Assembly (NCBI GenBank): GCA_031392105.1
Contig: JANMUW010000267.1
Coordinates: 1-53,409, forward strand
Direction of reading: 5' to 3'
Length of the DNA: 53,409 nucleotides
Source of the DNA: Acidobacteriota bacterium
GTDB taxonomy: Bacteria; Acidobacteriota; Blastocatellia; Pyrinomonadales; Pyrinomonadaceae
The notes beneath the pieces were generated by a model. That model worked only from the letters and a program-made list of their open reading frames with translations, had not been told where the DNA came from and did not search any database. Positions within the stretch are counted from its first letter, which is position 1, and each line of letters opens with the position of its first letter. The translations under genes were made by a program, and so were the position numbers. Positions 25,061 through 34,145 of this stretch are shown here, piece after piece.

Positions 25061-26956
25061 TTAACGCTTGGCCACAAGATTCGGATCTACCGGCGGCACA
25101 AATCCTTTTTTCGTAAGGTATGTTTCGTAGACTCCCTTTGCCGCCGGCGCCGCATTCGCTCCACCAAAACCTGAATTCTCGATCAGCGCGATCACCGCGA
25201 TCTCCGGTTTAAATGCGGGTGCAAAACTTACGAACCACGCATGGTCCTTATTCGCACCAACATCCTTACCGAGTTCGGCGACCTGCGCGGTACCGGTCTT
25301 GCCGGCAATCTCAAACCCAGGGATCCTAATTCCCGCTCCCGTTCCGCCGCCGTTCACGACGCCCCACATGCCTTTGACGACCACGTCGTTTTGTTCCGGC
25401 GTCATTTCTATAAGCTTAGGCTCCGGATGCTGGAACCCCATCGCTTCACGCCCCGGGATAAAATTCAGATCGCTTTCCTCACCGATAGGACCGATGGCGC
25501 GGAATTCCTTGAGGAAATGCGGCGTATACATTTGACCTCTCATCCCGATACTCGATACGGCCCGAAGCATGGAAATGGGTGTCACAACAACCGTGTCCTG
25601 GCCGATGGAGGAATACACCGTTCGAATGTCGCTCCAGCGCCCCTCGCGTTTTTCGATGATCGGCTTCCAGCTCTTTGGCGTCTGGCTGATTTTTTCATTC
25701 GGCAGATCGACGCCGGTCCGCTTATCGTATTCGAACGTCTCAACCATCTTGATCACCCCTTCGATCTTCATTTTGAGGGCCAGGTGATAGTAGTATCCGT
25801 CACACGAATGAGTGATGGCATAGTCGAGCGGAGGTGAACCATGACTGCCCATGCATCGCGTGAACTTATTGCCGATCTGAATACCACCGCCACAGAGCAT
25901 ATTCGAGTTCTTGACCGTGATCACACCTTGCTGAAGCGCGGCCACAGATTCTGGGAGTTTCCATGTCGAGCCCGGCGGATAACGGCCTTGGATCGCACGA
26001 TTGTAAAGCGGACGTTTTTCGTCCTGCCAGTAGGCTGCGATCTGCTTTCGCCCCTCAGGCGTTTTGCTGCCCTGCACGAAAATATTGGGATCGAACGACG
26101 GGAGCGACGCCATCACAAGGATCTCGCCGTTGTTCGGATCCATCGCGATTATCGTTCCGCGTTTAGAGGAAGAGTCGGCCAGCTTCTGTTCTGCAGACAG
26201 CTGCAGATCCAGATCGATCGTTGAGACCATGTCCTGTCCGGCTTGGGCCGGTACGACGCCGATCTCACTTTGGACGCGTCCGCGGCTGTCGACGATGACC
26301 TTTCGATAGCCGGGCTTGCCGCGCAGATACTCGTCGTAATATTGTTCCAGGCCGCCTTTGCCGATGATGTCGCCCGGCTTGAGTCCCTTGTCCTTCCACT
26401 CTTCGCTTTCGAGCTGTTTCGGACTGATCTCGCCGACGTATCCAAGAACGTGAGCGAGTTGGGTGCCGTGTGGATAGAACCGCTGCGGCTGGTTTTCGAC
26501 GCGGAGTTCAGGAAACTCAAGCGAGTGGGACTCGACCCATGCGATGTCCTGCATCGTCGCGTTCTCTTTCAACACCATCGTCTCGAACTCGTTCTGTTTC
26601 TTGATTAGATCGAGACGTTCGACAACGAAGCTGGGGTCGAGATTCAACCCATCCGCATATTCTTCGACGCGGGAAGTAACATCGATCTTTTTGATCGGCT
26701 CGTTTGAAAGGACAACATTCCACGTCGGTCTCGAGTCGACCAGTATCTTCCCCTCGCGATCGAATATCACGCCACGCGGCGCCGGGATAGGAATGTGGCG
26801 AATGCGCTGATTCTCGGCACGCTCGCTGTAATACTCACCCTTGACGACTTGTAAGAAGTAGAGGCGAACCCCGAGAATGCCGAGTAGAACGAACGCGACG
26901 ATCTGTATCGTCCCGATCCGTAATCCGAGATTCTGTGAATACTCGTTTAACTTCAT
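25061..26956 (-). CDS. mrdA: Penicillin-binding protein 2 (MrdA)
   Basis: Contains an N-terminal TM helix, RGVIFDREGKILV, STWK and KTGTAQV. It sits between mreD and rodA. Confidence 0.9.
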   Translation of the reverse strand: MKLNEYSQNLGLRIGTIQIVAFVLLGILGVRLYFLQVVKGEYYSERAENQRIRHIPIPAPRGVIFDREGKILVDSRPTWNVVLSNEPIKKIDVTSRVEEYADGLNLDPSFVVERLDLIKKQNEFETMVLKENATMQDIAWVESHSLEFPELRVENQPQRFYPHGTQLAHVLGYVGEISPKQLESEEWKDKGLKPGDIIGKGGLEQYYDEYLRGKPGYRKVIVDSRGRVQSEIGVVPAQAGQDMVSTIDLDLQLSAEQKLADSSSKRGTIIAMDPNNGEILVMASLPSFDPNIFVQGSKTPEGRKQIAAYWQDEKRPLYNRAIQGRYPPGSTWKLPESVAALQQGVITVKNSNMLCGGGIQIGNKFTRCMGSHGSPPLDYAITHSCDGYYYHLALKMKIEGVIKMVETFEYDKRTGVDLPNEKISQTPKSWKPIIEKREGRWSDIRTVYSSIGQDTVVVTPISMLRAVSSIGMRGQMYTPHFLKEFRAIGPIGEESDLNFIPGREAMGFQHPEPKLIEMTPEQNDVVVKGMWGVVNGGGTGAGIRIPGFEIAGKTGTAQVAELGKDVGANKDHAWFVSFAPAFKPEIAVIALIENSGFGGANAAPAAKGVYETYLTKKGFVPPVDPNLVAKR

Positions 26957-26963
26957 ATATCGC

Positions 26964-27512
26964 TTATTTGCTTAGTCGGATAGGATTTCGGCGCCGCGTC
27001 TGTCTTCGCGCCGGGAACATGTCACGCCGTTTTGCACGCCCCATTCTCTCGGACAGTACAAAGTCGAGCAGCAGATAGATCATGGTGCCCGCGATCGTCG
27101 TGCCGATCAGCGTGTAGGAGATGATCACAAACACCTGACCGGTAGGCTCCTGGCCGAGCAGTCGGTGCGTTCCATAATAGACGAGATCATCCAGCAAGCA
27201 CGCCCCCGCTATGACGGGGATGCGAAGCAAAAGGTTGTCCATGTAGACGCGCCTCGCAAGCTCAGAAACCATGTATGCAATCAACGTTTTAGAGAACCCG
27301 TTGGCACCCAGGAGCCCACCGCTGAGAGCGTCGACCGCGATACCGGCAAAAGTTCCGAAAAAGATGGCTTTGATCGAGTTGCGTTGGAGTGCCGCGTAGA
27401 CAACTATGATGAGCGGAAAATCTATATAGGCAAGCGGTTCGGCGATGCTCCGGAGCGTCCATTGGAGCAGAACCGCGATGATCAAAGCTAACGTGATCTT
27501 GAGATTTTCCAT
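26964..27512 (-). CDS. mreD: Rod shape-determining protein MreD
   Basis: 182-aa multi-TM protein directly after mreC. It has a basic C-terminal tail. Confidence 0.75.
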   Translation of the reverse strand: MENLKITLALIIAVLLQWTLRSIAEPLAYIDFPLIIVVYAALQRNSIKAIFFGTFAGIAVDALSGGLLGANGFSKTLIAYMVSELARRVYMDNLLLRIPVIAGACLLDDLVYYGTHRLLGQEPTGQVFVIISYTLIGTTIAGTMIYLLLDFVLSERMGRAKRRDMFPARRQTRRRNPIRLSK

Positions 27513-27518
27513 CCGTAG

Positions 27519-28418
27519 CTATTTCTTGGCTTCCTTCAAAGCGTTTGGGAGTTTTTGGTCAAACTCAACTTTAGCGGGCGGCTCATACAGCAGGACGCCT
27601 ATCTCCTTGATGGAGTTGATCCCGGCACTTGGCCGGATAAAGATCTGATGCGGAACGGTCGCGGAGCCCGATCTCACTTCGACGATCTCGCCGATCTTAA
27701 GACCGGCCGGATAGATTCCGTCCTGGCCCGTCGTGTAAACTTGCTGCCCAACCTGTACGTCCGCGCTTCCCGAAACATATCTCATTTCGACCAGATCACG
27801 CTTGCTTGTACCGGCGACAACCCCAAGTACATTGGACGAACCGATCTCTCCGACAACGCCACCAACGCCCGATTTGTCGCGAGTGATCAGATCGAATTGA
27901 GCCGTCAGCGGCCCCACTGCCGTAACTCGTCCTATCAAGCCGCCATCGCTGACGACAGGCATGTTAAGTTTTACCCCGTCCAGACTCCCGCGATTAATAA
28001 TAGACGAGTCGAACCAAACGCTTGGATCGCGCCCAATGATCCGGGCCGTCAGAATTTTGTATTTGCTGTTCTCTTTTAAGTTAAGGAGTGAGCGAAGGCG
28101 ATCGTTCTCTGCGGTCAGGTCTTCTTTGCCTTTTATCTCAAGCTGAAGTTCCTGAACCCTCTGATTAAGGATGTCGTTATCGGTCTGCGCCGAGCGGAGA
28201 TTTGAGATCGAACTGAAATAGTTTGAGAGACCCGAGCTTACACTGGTCACGGGCGACTGGACGAAGTCGGCGACGGATTGCGACCAAACGCGAATGATCC
28301 GCTGGCCCGACGTGATCTCACGAGCATCAAACGCCATCAACATAAAGTTTCCCAAAAGCAGAACTATCACCAGCCAAGGTGTCATCCGCCATACTTCTTG
28401 TTGACTACGCTCAACCAT
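27519..28418 (-). CDS. mreC: Rod shape-determining protein MreC
   Basis: N-terminal TM helix, a coiled coil (LNQRVQELQLEIKGKEDLTAENDRL), then beta domains with GMPVVSDGGLIGRV and GIYPAGLKIGEIV. Confidence 0.88.
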   Translation of the reverse strand: MVERSQQEVWRMTPWLVIVLLLGNFMLMAFDAREITSGQRIIRVWSQSVADFVQSPVTSVSSGLSNYFSSISNLRSAQTDNDILNQRVQELQLEIKGKEDLTAENDRLRSLLNLKENSKYKILTARIIGRDPSVWFDSSIINRGSLDGVKLNMPVVSDGGLIGRVTAVGPLTAQFDLITRDKSGVGGVVGEIGSSNVLGVVAGTSKRDLVEMRYVSGSADVQVGQQVYTTGQDGIYPAGLKIGEIVEVRSGSATVPHQIFIRPSAGINSIKEIGVLLYEPPAKVEFDQKLPNALKEAKK

Positions 28419-28427
28419 CCTCTCTAA

Positions 28428-28497
28428 GTTTCGGGTTCCGAGTTTCTGGTTTCGGGTTACAGAACGTGCTCGAAACCAGAAACTCGAAACGCGTAAC
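28428..28497. repeat. Hairpin/palindrome (GTTTCGG words) in the mreB-mreC spacer
   Basis: Perfect 16-bp stem CGAGTTTCTGGTTTCG (28439-28454) with CGAAACCAGAAACTCG (28471-28486) and a 16-nt loop. The flanks are imperfectly complementary. No U tract follows. Confidence 0.8.
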
Positions 28498-28500
28498 TAC

Positions 28501-29547
28501 CTAGTTGCCTGTCATTAATGAATTGTCCCACTTGACGCGTTTGAGAAGTTCGATGTCCGAGAGCATTTTTCCGGTTCCCAGAACAACTGAAGAGAGTGGA
28601 TCGTCGGCGATCACGACCGGAAGTCCGGTCTCGATCATTAGACGCTTATCTAGATTCTTGAGGAGTGCTCCACCGCCGGTTAGAACGATTCCGCGCTCGA
28701 CGATATCGGCCGAAAGTTCGGGCGGCGTGCGTTCGAGAGCGACGCGGACAGCATTAATGATCGTCGAGACCGCATCCGAGAGCGCTTCGCGGATCTCTTC
28801 ATCGGTCATTGTAATCGTCTTGGGTATGCCTTCGATCAGGTTTCGCCCACGAACATCCATTGAGAGGGGTTCATCCAACGGGAAGGCGCTGCCGAGCGCG
28901 ATCTTGATAGCTTCGGACGTTCTTTCACCGATCAGCAGATTATATTTCCGCTTGATGTATTGCGTGATCGCCTCGTCCATTTCGTTTCCGGCGACGCGAA
29001 CGGCGCGTGAGTAGACAATGCCGGAAAGGGAAATTACTGCTATGTCGGTAGTTCCGCCGCCGATGTCGACGACCATATTTCCGTGCGGCTCGGTGATTGG
29101 AAGCCCAGCCCCGATCGCGGCCGCCATCGCTTCTTCGACGAGATAAACTTCCGAAGCTTTCGCCCGATATGCGGAGTCCTCAACAGCACGGCGTTCGACT
29201 TGCGTGATTTCAGACGGGATTCCGATCACGACACGCGGCCGCACCCACGATTTCCCGTTGTGCGCCTTGCGGATAAAATGCTGAAGCATTTTCTCGGTCA
29301 CTTCGAAATTCGCGATGACGCCGTCTTTCATCGGACGGATCGCGACAATGTTCCCGGGCGTGCGCCCAAGCATTTCTTTTGCGTCACGTCCGACCGCCTC
29401 AACCTGATTCGTTACTTTGTTGATAGCTACAATTGAAGGTTCCGAAACGACGATGCCGCGCCCCTTAGCATAAACAAGGGTATTTGCTGTTCCGAGGTCG
29501 ATAGCAAGGTCGCTCGAAAATAAACTAAACAGTGATTTAAAAGCCAT
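28501..29547 (-). CDS. mreB: Rod shape-determining protein MreB
   Basis: Contains [24 protein letters not shown] and LTGGGALL, the actin-fold signatures. Confidence 0.95.
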   Translation of the reverse strand: MAFKSLFSLFSSDLAIDLGTANTLVYAKGRGIVVSEPSIVAINKVTNQVEAVGRDAKEMLGRTPGNIVAIRPMKDGVIANFEVTEKMLQHFIRKAHNGKSWVRPRVVIGIPSEITQVERRAVEDSAYRAKASEVYLVEEAMAAAIGAGLPITEPHGNMVVDIGGGTTDIAVISLSGIVYSRAVRVAGNEMDEAITQYIKRKYNLLIGERTSEAIKIALGSAFPLDEPLSMDVRGRNLIEGIPKTITMTDEEIREALSDAVSTIINAVRVALERTPPELSADIVERGIVLTGGGALLKNLDKRLMIETGLPVVIADDPLSSVVLGTGKMLSDIELLKRVKWDNSLMTGN

Positions 29548-29803
29548 TTTTTAATTCTTTCTTCTGAACGCAAGATTCAGACGGTTCTTGTGTTGTCTGG
29601 AAGAGTGCCGCCGCCCTCAAACATCGCTACTTGGGTATGATTTTATGAAGTGACCGTGGGCCCCAAACGCCTGAAGAACAAGCATACACTCTTTCATCCG
29701 CGTTTTTCTACTGTAATCGCGGGATTTTTCCATTTTTTTTTCACAAGTGGAAAAGGTTTGCGACGCTTCGCACTTGAACCGACGCTGCAGTCGATTCTCA
29801 AGC

Positions 29804-29831
29804 GCGAAAAAGGCGGTCCGAAGACCGCCTT
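29804..29831 (-). terminator. Rho-independent terminator after the 706-aa secreted protein gene
   Basis: 9-bp stem AAGGCGGTC/GACCGCCTT with loop CGAA. A T run follows on the minus strand. Confidence 0.75.
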
Positions 29832-29853
29832 AGCAATTGGTCTGACGCCGAAC

Positions 29854-31974
29854 TTATGGCAGAGCCACGAAATTCTGGTCAGTTATGTTGTCATTGACGG
29901 TCACGTTGATCGGCCCGGGGAAGCTATAGAGTCTTGAATTAACTCCCATCGAGTAGGTGATGCCTGTCAGGACTCCATCAAACCGGTAGTAACCAAACGG
30001 GTTCGTCAAAGCAATGCGCCTGATACCCATCGGGTCGTTCAGGAAAACATAGACATTTCCGATTCCCTGTCCACCCTGATTCGTCACGCGGCCGCCGACG
30101 GATACGTTGGATGCGACTGCCGGGGTCGGACCCTGAACCTGAACGGTGATCGGGGCGCCGGTCTTAAAGAAGCCGACGATCGCATTAACCGTTTGCGGGG
30201 GGCGGTTCGAATCGAATCTGAAGTTATACATCGAGCCCCAGCGAATCGCGTTAGCATTTTCGTTGAGCGCCATCGTTTCAGAACTCCAACTGACCTCCGA
30301 TCCGGTCTGCGTCGGAGCCCACGGCGTGCTGCTGTAGCCAGAACTTCCCACGGTACCGTCTGCTGCCGAGCCGGGATGCTGAGGCGGTGCGTGGAACCCA
30401 ACATTACTCAACGTAACACCGCTTCCGGTCGGAACGGTGAACGACTGAATTCCTCGGTCCATATTCTGGTTGTAGACAACATACTCATAGTGCCAGACAC
30501 CCGGAGATGGGTTCGTAACCTTGAAGCCGATAAAGCCGATGCCGTCGACACCTGGGGCGGGCCTGATCTCGGTGATCGTCGATCCGGTCCACGCATTGAT
30601 CGCAGGCTTTGTTCGCTGAGTCGACCCGGCCGGGGAGAAGCTGAACGGGCTGGCCGTTCCCGACACATTATACTGACGGTAGGAGACGTTGTTGTACATA
30701 TTGCACTGAGTCGGATTGGCCTGACACCAAACGTACTCGTGCGGTGTAATGTACTGTCCTTCCGCATAGTAAGTAGCTCCCGGATTCTGCGAAGTGCTCA
30801 GGTCGGCAATCTCGGTCAGGATCCTGTGCGAGGTACCGTTGTGGGCGTGACTACCGTGACTGTTATTCGGCGTCGCCGAATCGTTACGGGGATAAAAACC
30901 GCTAAACGGATTGATCCAGGCTCGCGAGCCTAGATTCGGACCGGCGTTCAAGCTTGCTCCATAGGGATCTGAACATCCCGAACCAAGCCTCGTTCCGCCT
31001 ACTCCATTACAACCGAGGTTGCAAATATTGTTCGTCAGAGCCGTAAACGCGTGCTTGACGCTCGACTGGCCGATCTGTTCGAAGCGTTCGTTGTTCGTGG
31101 CACCGCCACTCATACGATAGAGGTTCTGCGGGATCACCGGATGATCGTTCGCCGGATTTGCGAACCAGTTCAAGTCAACAGTGCCGAAGTTGCACGAATC
31201 GGTACCCACGGCGAGTCCGACCTGTGTTCCGCTGCTGCTGCCAAACTGTGCAAGTCCGTTCAGATCTCCGACAACAACGTCTGGGCCCGGTACGGTTCCA
31301 GCCTCAGGACTGGCACCTGCCCCTGCCGGCAGAACATCGCCTTTGACGTCGCCGTCAACGATCTCGGTAACCTCGATCGGCTGCATCCTCGCGTTGATCG
31401 AAATCTGGCCGATCACCGATCCGGCATCGGACGGTCGTCCCAACTCCGCCGCAAACTCGTTCGAGATCAACAGCCTTCCAAGCCGGATACTGAGCGAACG
31501 GCTATCGGCGATATATTCAAACTCCTGGCCCTCGATGTTGAAGAAAACGAAACCCGATTTCGCATCACGGACAACAAGTTCATACTGTCCACCCCACGGC
31601 AGGCTCTCGACAGCCAGCTGCCTGTAGGAGGAATTTAATTTCGTCGGTAAAGTCGCGGAGGTTCGCGGAATAAGATCCATCGAACTCGGGAGCATTCCGC
31701 GAAACTCACCGTTAAAGGCAAGTACCTTAAAGAAAGAAGAGTTTGGCACATCAAACCGAAGCGAGCCTGACGTAGACCCTTTTGCCCGAGGTCCTCCGCC
31801 ATTGAGTCGGCTCAAATTGAGATCCATGGCAACGTTGCCGTCTGCCACGATCATCTTTTCTAACGTCCCGCTATCCTGTGTTGCCTTTGGGCTAATCTTG
31901 GAAAATGAACGATCCGAACCGTTGCTAAAGAAGATGAGCAACGGAAGCAATGCGACGAGTATTGTCTTCAACAT
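29854..31974 (-). CDS. Large secreted Cys/His-containing hypothetical protein with C-terminal CarboxypepD_reg-like domain
   Basis: Signal peptide MLKTILVALLPLLIFFS. The central region carries paired Cys (NICNLGCNGVGGTRLGSGCSDPYG, WCQANPTQC) and a His cluster (NSHGSHAHNGTSH). The C-terminal GGRVTNQGGQGIGNVYVFLND..NPFGYYRFDGV is a CarboxypepD_reg-type fold. Confidence 0.7.
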   Translation of the reverse strand: MLKTILVALLPLLIFFSNGSDRSFSKISPKATQDSGTLEKMIVADGNVAMDLNLSRLNGGGPRAKGSTSGSLRFDVPNSSFFKVLAFNGEFRGMLPSSMDLIPRTSATLPTKLNSSYRQLAVESLPWGGQYELVVRDAKSGFVFFNIEGQEFEYIADSRSLSIRLGRLLISNEFAAELGRPSDAGSVIGQISINARMQPIEVTEIVDGDVKGDVLPAGAGASPEAGTVPGPDVVVGDLNGLAQFGSSSGTQVGLAVGTDSCNFGTVDLNWFANPANDHPVIPQNLYRMSGGATNNERFEQIGQSSVKHAFTALTNNICNLGCNGVGGTRLGSGCSDPYGASLNAGPNLGSRAWINPFSGFYPRNDSATPNNSHGSHAHNGTSHRILTEIADLSTSQNPGATYYAEGQYITPHEYVWCQANPTQCNMYNNVSYRQYNVSGTASPFSFSPAGSTQRTKPAINAWTGSTITEIRPAPGVDGIGFIGFKVTNPSPGVWHYEYVVYNQNMDRGIQSFTVPTGSGVTLSNVGFHAPPQHPGSAADGTVGSSGYSSTPWAPTQTGSEVSWSSETMALNENANAIRWGSMYNFRFDSNRPPQTVNAIVGFFKTGAPITVQVQGPTPAVASNVSVGGRVTNQGGQGIGNVYVFLNDPMGIRRIALTNPFGYYRFDGVLTGITYSMGVNSRLYSFPGPINVTVNDNITDQNFVALP

Positions 31975-32149
31975 AATTTCAAGTCCAGTTTTTAGGTTTC
32001 AGCCCCTGGGGCTAAGCAAGTGATGACTTCAAGGTTGTAGTCACGGTGTTATGGAGCATTCCTTTTTACACCCTTTTGGGCGCTTTAATCAAGTCGGGGT
32101 ATAGTATTCGTTCACCCAGCTTGTCGTGTGAACGCCTGACGATAGTTTT

Positions 32150-34045
32150 ATGAAAAGCGGTTGCGTAAGCCAGGAAACCAGGGCCAAGCGGGTTGTTCAG
32201 CTCCCAGTCCTTCAAAATTCCACAGCTAAAAACAGCGAGAAAAGCGAGATAAGCGAGTCAAAAACAGCCCGTTGGCGGGCTGCGGCGCTCATCGTCCTTT
32301 ACCTGCTGATGATCGCCCACATCATCCAGTGGCGGCTGATGGGCGAGACCGTTTCGCCCATCGAGCCATCCGAGACAATGTACACGCTTCAGAACGGAGC
32401 GATCAATGCCGGGTTCATCTTTTTTACGTTGGCCATTCTGGCAACTCTTATCTTCGGCCGCTTCGTCTGCGGGTGGGGGTGCCATATCGTCGCGCTCCAG
32501 GACTTTTGTGCGTGGCTGATGAAGAAGTTTGGGCTGACGCCGCGGCCGTTCAGATCGCGGCTTCTTGTATTTGTCCCGCTCATCGTCGCACTTTATATGT
32601 TCGTCTGGCCAACTGTGTCCCGCTACCTGGTCAAGCCGGCGAATGAGTCGCTGTTTCCCCAGTTTACGAATCACCTGATCACGACCGACTACTGGGCGAC
32701 GTTCCCTTCGGTCGCTGTCGCTATTCCTTTCCTGTTCATTTGCGGATTCATGACCGTCTACTTTTTGGGGTCGAAAGGATTCTGCACATACGCTTGCCCG
32801 TATGGTGGCTTCTTCGGTCTGGCCGACCAGATCGCGCCGGGAAAGATCCGCGTCACCGATGCGTGCAATCAATGTGGCCACTGTACTGCGGTTTGCACTT
32901 CGAACGTCATCGTTCATGCGGAGGTAAAGCAATACGGAATGGTTGTAGACCCGGGCTGCATGAAGTGCATGGATTGCATCAGCGTTTGTCCCAACGATGC
33001 TCTGTATTTCGGCTTTGGAAAGCCATCCATCGCGGTGAAGAAATCGATCACTAAGAATTATTCGATGACGTGGCCCGAAGAGATTTTCGCAGCCGTCGTT
33101 TTCTTCGCAAGCTTCATGGCGGTATGGGACGCCTACCAGCTTGTCGCCATGCTGATGGCACTAGGGATCGCAACGGTCACAACGTTTCTCGCCGTGCGGA
33201 CGTTGAAGTTGATCCGATCAAGTGATTTGTCCTTCCATCGTTGGAACTTAAAATCGGGCGGCGTGATCAAGAAAGCGGGTTGGGCATTCCTGAGTTTCTC
33301 GATAGCGTGGATCGGCTTGAACGCTCACAGCGGATACGTCCGCTATCACGAGCGCGCAGCTGCGATCGCATTTGAGAATATTCGAATTCCCGACGAGCTC
33401 GCTCTCGCCCGAATAAATCCGGCCCGATGGCTGAGTGCTTCCGACGTCGCCAATATCACGGCCGGAAAAAATCATTTTTATGCTGCGCGGAAGGCGGGTC
33501 TTTTCGTCAACAAAGAAGCTCTCTCAAAGCTTGCGTGGATCGAATATCTCTCGGGCAATACGGTAGAGGCCGTCAACTTACTGGACAGTGCGGCTGAGCA
33601 TCAGAGTGGCGAAGGTAGGGCCCTCAGCCTTTACTATCGTGGTGCTATCCTTAATCGAATCGGACGTCAAGACGAGGCATTAAGGAGTCTGGATGAAGCA
33701 CTGATCGAGCGTCCCGACCTGGTTACAGCACGCGAAGAAAAGGGTGAAGCCCTGTGGCGGCTTGGCCGTCGCGATGACGCGATTTCCGCCTGGAAGGACG
33801 CGGTGAGTGGCAATAGTAATCTTCCACTCGCGAACAATTTGCTGGCGGGTGCGGCATTCGCGTCAGGCAACTCGGACGAAGGCTCCGCGTACGAACGACA
33901 AGCCGATCAATTCACACCTAACGATCCTTTGTTTCACTGGATGCTCGGGCTGCGACTGCAGAATGTTGGAATGAACGACCTGGCGGAAGAACACTTCGAA
34001 CGCGCGATCCAACTCAATCCGGACTTCAAGCGAGCGCGGAATTAG
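32150..34045 (+). CDS. Membrane polyferredoxin (NapH/CcoG-like 4Fe-4S protein) fused to C-terminal TPR domain
   Basis: Several TM helices carry CGWGCH and CTYACPYGG. There are two ferredoxin motifs (CNQCGHCTAVC and CMKCMDCISVCP). The C-terminal 200 aa or so are TPR-like (ALSLYYRGAILNRIGRQDEALRSLDEAL..). Confidence 0.75.
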   Translation: MKSGCVSQETRAKRVVQLPVLQNSTAKNSEKSEISESKTARWRAAALIVLYLLMIAHIIQWRLMGETVSPIEPSETMYTLQNGAINAGFIFFTLAILATLIFGRFVCGWGCHIVALQDFCAWLMKKFGLTPRPFRSRLLVFVPLIVALYMFVWPTVSRYLVKPANESLFPQFTNHLITTDYWATFPSVAVAIPFLFICGFMTVYFLGSKGFCTYACPYGGFFGLADQIAPGKIRVTDACNQCGHCTAVCTSNVIVHAEVKQYGMVVDPGCMKCMDCISVCPNDALYFGFGKPSIAVKKSITKNYSMTWPEEIFAAVVFFASFMAVWDAYQLVAMLMALGIATVTTFLAVRTLKLIRSSDLSFHRWNLKSGGVIKKAGWAFLSFSIAWIGLNAHSGYVRYHERAAAIAFENIRIPDELALARINPARWLSASDVANITAGKNHFYAARKAGLFVNKEALSKLAWIEYLSGNTVEAVNLLDSAAEHQSGEGRALSLYYRGAILNRIGRQDEALRSLDEALIERPDLVTAREEKGEALWRLGRRDDAISAWKDAVSGNSNLPLANNLLAGAAFASGNSDEGSAYERQADQFTPNDPLFHWMLGLRLQNVGMNDLAEEHFERAIQLNPDFKRARN

Positions 34046-34091
34046 AACTGGTTGCCGCTCAGCAAACCGAAGTCTCTAAGCTACAATCAAG

Positions 34092-34130
34092 AAAGGCAGC
34101 GGTTGAATTACCACCCGCTGCCTTTCGTTT
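34092..34130. terminator. Hairpin terminator between convergent polyferredoxin and lon genes
   Basis: 11-bp stem AAAGGCAGCGG/CCGCTGCCTTT (34092-34102 and 34115-34125), followed by CGTTTCTG. Confidence 0.6.
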
Positions 34131-34145
34131 CTGTCTGCTATCAAC

